Made by a program: the position numbers and the translations under genes
The notes under the pieces: generated by a model
What the model saw: only the letters and a program-made list of their open reading frames with translations
Database searches by the model: none
Told to the model about the DNA's origin: nothing
DNA from: Rhizophagus irregularis
Taxonomy: Eukaryota
DNA length: 64,000 bases
Reading direction: 5' to 3'
Assembly: GCF_026210795.1 (NCBI RefSeq)
Contig: NC_089434.1
Location: forward strand, 992,001-1,056,000
Shown here: positions 40,951 to 53,484 of the stretch, in pieces
Layout: the number at the start of each line of letters is the position of its first letter
Numbering within the stretch: the stretch's first letter is position 1

Positions 40951-41344
40951 TATATATGTCGATCACTACTTTATATACGGATCACGAATTAAACAAAATC
41001 ACTTCAACCGGACTATCACACCTCACTTACTTCCAAACTCCCCTGGACAAAGGGTTTTTAAAACCATTCAACATCTTCCGTACCATTACAAAGGACATAC
41101 ACCTACACAACATTCCGACATATATAAAAATTCACCTAATGGTCGTATGTACTATGACCAACAACGCGTACGCCTATACTTGCCACCCATATTAAATGGG
41201 ATGGGAGAATCCCCTATCCCATCTCATCCCATATCCCATCCATTTTGCCAAAATCCCCTCCCATTTGCCAAAATCCCATCCCAATCCCAAATCCCAATCC
41301 CACCCATATCCCATATCCCTTATCCCATTCCTTATCCCAAATAA

Positions 41345-42408
41345 TCTCATTGGTCAATTATCACGTGACGTTACACAAATTTCCAAAAAAGGAAATTTTG
41401 CTTCCCGCAAAAATTGAGAGATTTTGGTTTCACAAGTATTCCAAAAAAGGATATTTTTACGCCGATCATATAATTCTGGCCAGCATTGCATCCATTACCA
41501 GAATATGAGCAAAATTAAGATCCCGAACAGATTTACGAAGTTTATATTTTAACTTCGGCCGGAATTACAAATTATAAAAGTTTAAATCCTTATCCTACAA
41601 ACCCAATTTTTAAGAGATTTACTGATCAGATTTTAATGAAATTTATATCTTTGGATTCGTCTTGATGCAAGGAATTAAATGGTAGTGAAATCATATTTCT
41701 AAAATTAATATTGACTGATTTATTATAAAAAATGTATTTTTATACTATATATTATTTGAAAGTAACATGTTAGCAGTTAGTATTCAGTAATATATTGATT
41801 ATTTTATTTGAATTAATAATTTTGATGATATCTGCTGATATTGTTTTTTTAGATTAACAGTTAATTAATTCCTGGTTTGTAAATATTATTTTATTAAATA
41901 TTTATGCAATAATAATAATATCTATCAAATTATATATATTAAAAATAAATAATCAAACTTTTTTTGATGAATTAATAAATAGGTTTAAGTTAATTCAAAG
42001 TTAAATTGTAATAAAAAATATAAAATAATAAATTGAATAAATACATTTTAAAAACTTTTTATATTAAAAGTAACCAATTATTGCTTGCTTTATACATATT
42101 ATTTAATAATATATATTATAAAATACATTTTTTATAATAGCTTAGTCAATATTAATGTTGGGAATATAATTTCACTGCCATTAAATTCCTTGCATCGAGA
42201 CAAATCCAATGATATAAATTTCATTAAAATCTGATCGGTAAATCTCTTAAAAATTGGGGTATGTAGGATAAGGATTTAAACTAAATTCTGACCTGAATTA
42301 ACATTAGACTTCGAAAACTAAAATATTACGGCCAGAATTATGTGATCGGAATAGAAATTTCCTTTTTTGGAAGTTTGTGTAACGTCACGTGATAATTGGC
42401 CAATGGGA
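41345..42408. repeat. ~1.06-kb foldback with long imperfect inverted arms
   Basis: CAATTATCACGTGACGTTACACAAA vs TTTGTGTAACGTCACGTGATAATTG; 41581-41740 vs 42120-42281. Confidence 0.85.
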
Positions 42409-42734
42409 GAAATGTTACACAAGTATTTGGGATTTAGGATGGGATTTGGGATTTCATCAGGAAGTTTTAAAAACGATGTACATTTCAAAGTATATCAATC
42501 TTTTAATAAACATCAAAAAAATGTATGTATATCGGACCATTCGTCAGTATATCCAATGAATATTTAAGCAATAAACATCAAAAAATTAGTAATATACATT
42601 ACGAATAATTATTAAGTAAACATCAGATTTATTATATTTTGCATTATACATTTTTATACATTAAAAATTATGCTACATATCTATTTATACGCTTAAATTT
42701 ATTATTGAATTTGTGTAATGTCCTTTTAGTTCCA

Positions 42735-44741
42735 CTATACAGCCATTCTTTTAAATTGTGAAACACTTACTCTATCAGTATAGACCTCATATTCATATCT
42801 TTTTTATACTGATGAATAATATATTAGTGCATATTCAATAAGTATTTAATAAATAACATGACTAAAATTACCAACATACGTTAATTATATATCTACATCT
42901 TCAGCATTTTCATCCTCAGCATTTTCATCATCGGCATTTTCATCATCGACATTTTCATCATCAGCATTTTCATCATCGGCATTTTCATCATCGGCATTCC
43001 TATCTTTGGCAATTTCATCATTTTCAACATTTTCATTCTCGGCTTCCTCATCGTCTAATTCATTGGATTTCTGTTGTAATTCCATATCCTCATTAGCTTT
43101 GGCTTTTTCAGCCATACATTTAATTATTGATTCACCAGAGAGTACTGTAGTCTGAATGTTAGGATCAAACATTAAATCTACAATAGCTATAATAAACAAA
43201 CAGTTATTACTAGTACGTTCATTAGATTTCAGAACTTCTTTAGTGATACGGCTAATATAAGTATCACAAGGATCATTGCCACTTTCATCTACGCCGTTCC
43301 AAAGATTTTCATACGCTCATCTTGCATTTTTAGAAGTTTTCCAGGCTAATACTTCTGAAGGTGATGCCTTATGACCTAGATAATCCCCGATAAATACTTT
43401 GCCAAATACATTCATCGTTGCATTTTTAATTTTTTGAACATAATTGGCACGTTTAATATGAAATTTATAACGAGCCTGTAATAATAAAATTTTTATATTG
43501 TAGTTTTTTGATGTAAATAATCTATAATTATAATCAAGTATAATAGAAACAAGTTACCGGTGATTGCAATACTTCAGTCCAATACCTGAACCATCCATCT
43601 TTAGTCTTTTCTATTTTTTCAACTTCATCTGGATGTTCATTAACTAAAGCTGTATAAATTGCTTCCCGCATACTTTCATCTGTAGGATTTTTGTCAGTTT
43701 GGAAAAGATCATTGCACGATTTAACCAAGGTATTCTAAATTGTAAAAAAGTAGGATAATAGTTACTAGAGAAAAGAATTTGAAAATAATAAACCAGTTAT
43801 GAACATATTTACTTACACTGTACCAAAACACTTTTTTTTTTCCCAGATTTTTGTTGTCATTATAATCAACTTTCTCTTCAGAAGTATTTTTCCATTCTTT
43901 TATAAATTCATTAATAGCAAGTTCCGTGCGAATTGCGGCTTCCTTGGCCGCTATTGCTTCTTTGTACACACTCTTAGAATACTGCAATGCCTTACATAAC
44001 AAATTAACATCTTTTTCATTTAGCCGGGGCACTGTATAAAATTAATAATACTATAGTTACCGAAAATAATATTAAAAATTATGAAAAATTGTTTTGTTAA
44101 TACTTACATTTTGTTATATTATTAATATCCACACTGCTCTTTCTTTTGGAATGATGCTCTTGTTCTTCATCATTAATTAAAACAAAAACATCCTAAATAA
44201 AAATATACGATGAAATGTCGGTAAATTATAAATTAGTATAATTATAGTTAAATTAACATTCACCTTAAAGCCAGAAGTTGAAGTTGATAACGTCCTATTA
44301 ATGGATTCAGATGATGTTCTACCGCTGAGTCCGCTAGATTCGGATCTTGACGCTTTACGATTTATATTGCTAGTGTTATTCAAAACTGAACCATTGTTAT
44401 TATCATCTTTATTATTATTTGATGGTAAAACTGGTTGTTTTTGCACCTATAATAAATGTTAATTATTAGCGAAATGAATAATTGTTTTTTCTTATTTATG
44501 AAATAACAACATTATTATTTACCTTTCGAGAAGCAGATTGAAGATTTCTATTAGGTGCGAAAGCTGTTAAAGAATCAATATTATTAGATGGTGCATTGTT
44601 TGGAGAAATATTATTAGATGGTGTATTGTTTGGAAGAATATTTTTAGACGGTGCATTGTTTGGAGAATTTTTTTTAGATGGTGCATTGTTTGGAGAATTT
44701 TTTTTAGATGGTGGAATCTTTTTGTTTTTACGAGATGACAT
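42735..44741 (-). pseudogene. Companion multi-exon gene of the Plavaka-type element, with an in-frame TGA near 43318
   Basis: ATG 44741, GT-AG-bounded ORF pieces, (SKKNSPNNAP)-type N-terminal repeats, acidic (DENAD)n tail, KNAR*AYENLW; 3' end approximate. Confidence 0.65.
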
Positions 44742-44967
44742 GGTTTTTGTTAAAAATTGTTAAAAAAAAATAAAAAAAAAGGAGTATCATATCGACTATT
44801 TAATATTTAAAATATAATGATAAATCAATTAATTGATCAAAAAGTCTATTACTAATCACACAATTGATATACATATATATATTTATATATACGTAGACAA
44901 TAATTCAACAAGTTAAAATAACGTAAAAATTCTTGAGATAAAGACAAAATATACCGTAAAATTAATC

Positions 44968-47900
44968 ATGTCAACAACTAAGAAAGGATATAAAAAAAAT
45001 ATATTCCAATGTAAATACTGTTCACTATCATTTAGTGGACGTGGAGCTTATCGAAATCACCTTCAGTCACATCGAGACCAGATGTACCTAGACGAAAATA
45101 ATTTAACACGTGAAGAAAGTACTAATATAAGTGAGCCAGTTGTCGCCAGAAATAACAAACAAGGACCCGCTCTCTTACCTATCTTAATTAACGACATTAT
45201 TACTCCGTGTGAAGAACAAATTTCAGACATAAATGTTCATGATGCTTGGAAGGTAAAGTATATATATATTTTTTTAAGAAATTTATCGTTATAATCGTTA
45301 TATAGTTGCACAAATCTTATAACACGTTTCTGTATTACAGGATGATGAGCTGCTAATTTTTGACGAAAATATAAGTGAGAAAGAAATTCAAAGTGACATT
45401 GAAAGTAATGATGAAATAGATAATATTTTTGTTGAAACTGAAGACCAATATTACCAAAATTATACATTATTATTTCCAACGGTTGTAAGTTCGTCTATTT
45501 TAACGGTTCTAGATGTTAGAACAGCTCAAAAAGTTCAAGAAACAAATAATGCAATACCATCATTTCCGAATTCAGCATATGAAGCTTTTGTACATTTGCT
45601 TACCAAACATAACCTTTCTGATTCTGTTGCGAATGATATTATTAGTTTATTCAATAATTTTCATATGGATTCAACGGCTATTCTACCTTTAAATGCCAAA
45701 GCTGCACGAAAATTATTAGATTCTATGCAAATTCCTCATATTTTATATAAAAAAATGGTTATCATGGAATATAACCAAAAACAATATATACTTTATCATC
45801 GAACAATCTATGATACCATCAAAGAGTTGTTAAGTAATGAAGATATATTTAAACATTGTGTGTTTGATTTTATGCCGAAGTACCTGACAAATATTAATGG
45901 TGAAAATGAAAGATGTTACGGAGAACAATATAATAGCGAATGGTGGGGTCGGGCTCAGTCATCAATTAGCGAAAATTCCAAAGTACTTTCTATCATCCTC
46001 TATTCGGACGCTACAACATGTGATGTTCTCGGTAAGACATCAGAGCATCCCATATATCTGACCTTAGGCAACATTCCTAATTGGCGTCGAAGTAAACCAG
46101 ATGCAAAAGCTTTATTAGCATATTTACCTAGGATAAAAGAAACAAATGAATTTAAGAAATGGAAGGACTGTTCTATGGTGAAGCATTATCTTTTTCAGCG
46201 TTCACTAGAAGTTCTCATTGAACCGATCAGATCAGGAAGTTTTGATTTACGTACTGACAATGGTATCATATGGTGTTATCCATTTTTATCTGAATTACTC
46301 GGAGATATGCCAGAGCATCACTCTTTAACATTAACTTATAGCTCCCCTAACTGCAATATGCCATGTTATACATGTATAACATTAAGAGACGAGTTTAATA
46401 ACCCATTAATTGATCACTCAACAATTCAATTACGCACTCCAATAATGATGCAAAATGTATTAAATAATGGTGATGCTACAAAATATTCACTCCATAACAT
46501 GAAAAATATTTTTTGGACATTACCGTAAGTATTATCATTCAAATTTAATTGTGGGATATTATTATATAATTATCTTTAATATATATTTATTATCTAGGCA
46601 ACTTAATATATATCAGGCTTGTATGCCTGATAGAATGCATCACCTGGATCTGGGCTTATATAAATATCAAGTTGAATATACACGAGATTTATTGGCAGAA
46701 TGGTGTGGCTCAGATGGCGTAATAGAATTTGATGATAGATTAGCGAAAATCCCACGTTTTTCAGGACTTAAATTATTTAAACATGGGCTCGGTAATATTA
46801 AAAGATTTACAGCCGAAGAATTTCGATCAATGATGCGACAACTTGTATTTGTTGTTGATGGTATCATATGGGCCGATCCTTGGAATCTAATTTTTTTACA
46901 CAAAAATAATTTTATTAAAGCAAATATAAATTATCATTTATATAAGAATAATAAATTTATACTAGATAATGCAAAAAAAACTAATTAATTATATAATTTT
47001 TAATTTTTTTTTAATATAAGATATCATTAAAATTTAAAAGATCAAATATAACTCTCATGACAAAATCATTGATAATTCTTCGTAGAAATAAGCTATACAA
47101 ATAAATTTACATTCATTTGAAAGAGAAAATCGAGATCTATCTAATGAATCTAAAATCAAGTGAATTGAATCACTAGTTGTTCAGTAATCACGTTCAGTAT
47201 ATTTATTGAATTTTATCTGAATTTGATCATTAATTACTTCACATGTAGTGATTCAATTTGAATGATCTTTGCTCCCTAAGGTGATGCCAACTTTTATCTT
47301 TAAAATAAATTTAAAATAATTCGTTTAATATATGTAGATGTTTAGAAATCATCAATTATATTATTCATATAAAATTTTATAAGTTTGATAAAATCTGATA
47401 TAAAAAAATTTATTAAATACCTGTAGATGCAAGCTACACGAATGAAATTATATTCATTTGAAAGAGAAAATTGAGGTCTATCTAATAAGCCTAAAATCGA
47501 ATGAATTGAATCACTGGATTGTGAATAATTACGTCTAATATATTTATTTTTAATTTTTAAATTTGATTTGACTTTGATCGTTAATTACGCCTCATCCAGT
47601 GATCCAATTTTCCTGATCTTTGATTCTTACGATAGAGCAAATTCTCAGCTTTCAAATGAATGTAAAATGATGACGTTAGCATATCTCCAGGAATAATAAT
47701 GCACGATTTTGTCACCTGCATAAAGTCCGATCTGAAAATTTTATTTCTTACCAAAAAATGCTTTCATAAGAGAATCCCAAATTCTTTTACTTTATTTAAA
47801 AGATTTTATTTGCCATTTAAGGATTTTAATAGAATAAATCTAATAAAATAATTTTAAAATATAAAAAACAAATATATAATTAGTTATTTTGAAAAAAAAA

Positions 47901-49581
47901 GAATATCTTATTATTCATTTTACAACTATTTTACATCATAATTATTTTTTATTTGCATGTATTTTTTACAAAGAAAAACAATAAATTAAAGCTAAAAATT
48001 ATGAAAAAATATATCTTATCTATGTATATAAAATATTAAGTTTTTTCTTTTACTTACCACTTAAAAATAACTGCTATATTTGCTTATAAACTTTTTTGTC
48101 ATATTTAATAAAAGTGAATAGAAAAATAATGGAAAAGTGATGGGCAGTGATGGGGAAAAAGAAGTGGTTATTACCGTTATTTTTGAATATTGATTAAAAA
48201 AATTTTTTTTATTTTTTATTAAATCTGAGTTACGTAAATATGTAACACATTTAATTTAGATTTGTGTAATGTTAATCTTACTAAAATATTAAATTTTTAT
48301 AAAAATCTTAATTTAGACTAATTCCAAAAATCGGCACATATGTCATTATTAAACTTCACAAGTCTAATTATACAACACATCAAGCTGATAATATGGACAA
48401 ACAGTTGGTTAATTTATATGTCAATTGGAACCAAATGTATATCTTTTCACGTAAAGATGAATTTACAGAATCAGACCTAGAAATTTTTAAGGTACAGTAT
48501 ATAATAATAAAACTTATATATATTTGATGGTATTAATATATTAACCTATTTATATTCTATAGACACTTATAATTAATTGGGCAAAAGGGTTCATAAAATT
48601 ATTATCACCATATTCACCATCACAAATGCAGTTACCGAAACTACATAATTGGATGTATCACGTCATTGATGCAATTAAAGAGCATGGCGCTATTAATGGT
48701 TTTGTGACTGAAACGTATGAATCACTTCATAAAAAATGGGTCAAAAATCCATACAGAATAAGTAATCGACGTGATGCAACATTACAAATGCTAAATACGG
48801 TAAGTTATCACCTAAATTAATAATTAATTTACTATAATATTATGATACTGATGATTAATAATTTTAGGTACGAAGACAGAATATAATCAATTACTTGTTT
48901 CAATTTTCAAAGCCAGTTGGATCTAATGTTAAACAAAATACATCTGTGATGAATGGAAAAATTTTCACTTTTGAATTATCATCATTTGATAAATTTGTTT
49001 CATCATATCGAAATACAACTACTTTAGCACCAGAAGCATTGGAGGCATTTAATCAATTTTTACCAACTTTAGATAAATTCTTTGATCTAATCAATTTGGC
49101 GGAATTTATTACAACCCATTTAATCGTATCTGTTAAATGGTATGGATCTGCGGTGATATCTAGTGGAGATACGGTTCGTGCAAATTCTAATTGGTATGGT
49201 CAGCCTATTTTTGATAATGTTTTGATTAATATGGATAGTAATGAAATCGAAGATTACACTACATATGATGGATTGTGTTTTGGAAAAGTAAGTTTTTACA
49301 AAAATTATAAATTTATTATAATTACAAAACCTAATTAAGTTTTATAGGTATTAATGTTATGTTCAGTCAAGATTTCTTCATTTAATGAAGCATTTTATTT
49401 AGCACTAGTAAGGTGGTATGATTATAAATACAAAAATAGGCTGAACTTGTATGATTGTCCATGGATAAAACTTACTTCTCAATATGAATTTATACCAATA
49501 GATTCAGTTGTAGAACCTATTCATATAATACCACGATTTGAAAAAAACAATGAATATTTGGTCAATACTTTTATGTTTTAA
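44968..49581 (+). pseudogene. C2H2 zinc finger + Plavaka-type transposase, interrupted by a 1.5-kb insertion
   Basis: FQCKYC..H.QSH; IILYSDATTCD, HPIYLTLGNIP, GDMPE, PC..C, DRMHHLDLG, PKLH.W.YH, TETYESLHK..VK.PYR; exons approx 44968-45252, 45341-46524, 46598-46864+48343-48491, 48563-48799, 48869-49287, 49348-49581. Confidence 0.88.
46865..48342. mobile_element. 1.48-kb non-coding AT-rich TIR element inside the transposase exon
   Basis: CATATGGGCCGATCCTTGGAAT vs ATTCCAAAAATCGGCACATATG; removal restores FVVDG-IIIKLHKS; TSD ambiguous. Confidence 0.82.
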
Positions 49582-51052
49582 TTTCTAGGAAATGACATTA
49601 AAAATTATGTAAAACCAATGTACAAGCGTGAAAAATTATATTCAATGTATATATAATAAACATTGCAACATATATAAAATTTAACAATGTTAAAATGTAA
49701 ATTATTAAATAATGAATTGATAGTAACGCATCGTTAATGAATATTACCGAAATAATAGTGAACATCTGGATGTGATATACATTATGATGCACAACAGTCA
49801 TTTGACTTCCTGATGTTGGGATTGGGATTTGGGATGGGATGGGATATGGGAGGGGAGGGAAGGGGAGGGGATGGGAGGGGATTTTAAATGGGCGGCAAGT
49901 ATACATATGCCAAAGGATCAAGAATTGGATCCGTCATACTAAAAAACGCAACCGTCTCAAAAAACAATTACCTCCACTACCTGCTGGTTTCGTTGGAGAT
50001 CAGCGTACATATTATTACGATACGTATAATATCAACTTGTTTGATTATAATATTAGACGACGCTATAACGTCAGTTCGATCCCTCAATATAATTACGGTT
50101 ATTCCAAAGCGGTTGAGCTATACCGTCAACATCATGATAAATACGTCACGATGAATGTTATACAATTACCTCCTAATGTTTCCTACTATATTAAAAAGAA
50201 TGATCAATATATTTTTAACGATCCCGGCCAAACATTTTTTTCCGGCGCACACCTCCTCCGGACAATAACTTGCACACTACCATGAGTGACCTAACTTATG
50301 TTTCGGCTAGTGAAGGACCTTCCGTTGTGGAATTTCCGCCTATACCGTCATACGATTAACTCACTTGATTGAGTTCAACAACACCGGACCTTCAATATAC
50401 ATCATTCCACACCTGACAGTATTTACGTGTGGTGTCATTATGACAAAAGAAAAATATGGATTCTAGTGATCGAATTGAACTAACCCTTTTGTAACGTTCC
50501 TCTCCCTTAGGTTTAGGTTCCGTTTTCTTTTTTTTCGTTCTTTGATTACTGTTTTGTCTAGACTCCCGGTTATGCCTGATTGTTCTATTGAATAAGAGGC
50601 AAGACGACCCCTTCAGGCTCCCCCCAAGAGGTTGGGTCTATCATTAGCTTAGAATTTATTGTTCTTTTAGATCATGTTTATTCTTATTTAGCGTTCGACC
50701 CCAGTTGAGTCTACATTTTAAAAATAAAAATAAAATAAAAAAAAGTAGATCAATGTCACGAATGTCATAGATGTATGACATATCATGAAAATTATATATA
50801 ATTGATAGGTTTAATATGTTTATTTTATCTGTTATATTTATTTTATCTGTTATATATTATATGTATGATTTATTAGTTATATTAGTTATATATTATATAG
50901 TTATTATATTTATTTTATCTATTATTTTTGTTATATCAAAATATATAGTTAATTTTATATAAATACAACGCTGTAGACAAGTGAGAAGAGGAGGACGCTC
51001 AAGGTTGTTTAGTTTAGGAATCATGATGAAGTAATTTTGGTTTTAATGGATC

Positions 51053-51358
51053 CTTTATTCATGTCTGATCGTATATGCCAGAGTGTTGCTATACTTTATT
51101 CATGTCTGATTGGATCATTATGATTGTTTAATTCTTTATTCATTTCTGATCATATATGCCAGAGTGTTGCTATACTTTATTCATGTCTGATTGGATCATT
51201 ATGATTGTTTAATTCTTTATTCATGTCTGATCGTATATGCCAGAGTGTTGCTATACTTTATTCATGTCTGATTGGATCATTATGATTGTTTAATTCTTTA
51301 TTCATGTCTGATCGTATATGCCAGAGTGTTGCTATACTTTATTCATGTCTGATTGGAT
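51053..51358. repeat. Tandem repeat, 81-bp unit (~3.7 copies) containing CTTTATTCATGTCTGAT twice per unit
   Basis: 17-bp core alternates with two fixed linkers of 24 and 23 bp. Confidence 0.92.
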
Positions 51359-52990
51359 TATTTGTATTAGTTTATTGTCTTTCTTATTTTAATAAACCTT
51401 CTGCTTACCATTTTCATTTTGTTTATGTTTGTAAACACTAAAAGAACTGACCTAACAATATTGTGGTTTTAATTTCTAATTTTCTTTTTTTTTGTCTTAT
51501 AGATGAAAAGGAGATCTAAACCTTCATACAAAAGAGCAAGACGAATTAGAGATTCCTGAAGGTAAAGTATTATTTCTTTTCATTTTTACTTTAATTGATT
51601 TTTAATATTTTAAATTTTCTTAATTAGATTACTAAATTTTTTAAAATTCTTTATAAAAATTTGATTTTTTTCGCAATTTTTTTTATTATAAATACTAAGG
51701 CTAGAGTAGAATTAAAACATCTTAGTAATTGTAATTTAAATAATTCTTTATTCATGTTATAACTTATTATTATTTGGATTTATTTAATTATATAATTTAT
51801 TGACATATTAACAAATTTATATATAATATTGTAACTTAATGCTTTTAACATTTACAAAACTAGGGAAACGGTAAATGTTAATATTTATCTGTTATTTACT
51901 AAGGATCTTTTTTTATTACAAAAAAATCAATTACGAATTATCAGTGTTACAAAAAGAGGAATATGATTGAAAGGATTTTTAAAACAAATAAAAAAATCAT
52001 TGTTTAAATTTGAATGTTAAAAATTTCGTCAACGAACTAGTCCTAAGAATGTTACTATGGAAGAACTTTGCACAATAATTCAATTAGATATATCAAATTA
52101 AAAGTGAACAAATCGATTTATGACTTATGTAATATGAACACCTTAATTTGATGATTTAAAAATTTACTATCTCTTTTCTATTTAGATTTTCTTGATTTTT
52201 CTTTTCTTTCCAACTCTTTACTGGCCCATTGATAGAGGTCTGCATTGTCCCTTATTTTACAACTCAGCCCGGAATGGGACCTGACTATATTACAGGGGAC
52301 ATTTGGCAAATTTTTACCGAGAGTTGTCAGGTTGTCGGATTGTCGGTAGCCAATCAGACCAAATGGAGTCACGTGATATTAGCTAAATCATGTGTTCGTT
52401 ATTTTTTCAACTAGCCGACAACCTGGCATTTGTTGTAAAATCGGCCAACTTTAATTTTGGTCAGTTTAATTTTGGCCAGAATTACGAAAATCCGGGTTTA
52501 ACGAAAAATCAGGTGCTGGCCTGGGTGAATTTTGAAAGAAAGTTTGCCGGCCCAAACTCAGATCCGGGTCTGGGTCAGGTCCTGGTTCGTGTGTATTATT
52601 TTAATTATGTAGTTAAATTTTTTAACGTAATAAATTAATAGATACTTGATATACTTTCTGATTTATTTAATATATATGAAATAAATTGAATTATTTAAAT
52701 TACAAACTAAGAATTTGTAAGAAAACTTACTACTCTAGTCTTAGTGTTTGAAATAATTTAGAATATAAGAATACAATGTTTAAATAAAAAAACTAGCTAT
52801 ATAAAAATTGAAGTTTATGAAAAAAATTTTCAAGTTCATTTTAATTTAAGGATGATTTTAACGCTCACCAGTGGTGAAATTCACCCAAGGTAAAGTTCAC
52901 CTATATTACATAATTTATTAAAATTTAAATTGTTTTGTTTTGAAAAAAATAATAAATTTATTAATAAAAATATGACTATTTCTATTTGTA

Positions 52991-53346
52991 CACTACGTGT
53001 GTAAACACGGGTCACGTGATTATTGTCATTTTTCCGGTGATCTGCATAAAAAATTCCTATTTTGGAAATTTGTGTAACGCATTTTCATTTTTACTGAGAA
53101 ACAAAATTGCCTTTTTGGGTTGTATAACGTTACTCTAATTTCCAAAATTGGAAATTACAGTAATTTTTGGCTGGAATTATAAATTTGGCCGAAATTATTG
53201 GGCGTGACATATAATATGTGACAAATAAGGTTTTTCCTACCGAAAAAATTCTAAGTCCCTAGAATAAATAGTAAAAATGGAAAACTATAGGGGTGTGACA
53301 TGGGTGACAAATTATAGTCACGTGATACGTGTTTCGCACACTAGTG
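52991..53346. mobile_element. MITE with CACTA...TAGTG termini, TA-flanked
   Basis: CACTACGTGTGTAAACACGGGTCACGTGA vs TCACGTGATACGTGTTTCGCACACTAGTG. Confidence 0.75.
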
Positions 53347-53484
53347 TATATTAAGAAATTATCTAAAAATATTTATATAAAATATATAGTTTAAATATAA
53401 TAATATATTATACAATAATTCATAAGTTAGTATTATTATAAAAAATGAATAAATCCTACAATATTAAGTAGATTTTATATTGCT

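Larger units (their letters stand above)
41179..49899 (+). mobile_element. Plavaka-type (CACTA-related) DNA transposon, 8.7 kb
   Basis: TIR CTTGCCACCCAT / ATGGGCGGCAAG, TATA on both sides (41175-41178, 49900-49903), mirrored CCCAT/ATGGG subterminal tracts, internal transposase. Confidence 0.85.
35431..50744 (+). mobile_element. Retroposed non-autonomous non-LTR-type element (~2.4 kb of own sequence) expanded by nested DNA transposons
   Basis: 14-bp TSD GTAGATCAATGTCA at 35417-35430 and 50745-50758; A-rich tail 50720-50744; own segments 35431-36736, ~40955-41178, 49904-50744. Confidence 0.82.

Noticed and set aside
41147..41508. Pro/Ile-rich ORFs (also 49598-49921, 7555-7743, 1132-1442, 4138-4332)
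   Set aside because: Translations of transposon subterminal repeats
51053..51358. CRISPR-like pattern of a 17-bp repeat with 23-24-bp spacers
   Set aside because: Only two spacer sequences alternate, so it is an 81-bp tandem repeat; eukaryotic context and no cas genes
52260..52595. GC-rich CCGGG/GGGTC motifs suggesting a transposon end
   Set aside because: No matching opposite terminus or TSD found in the window
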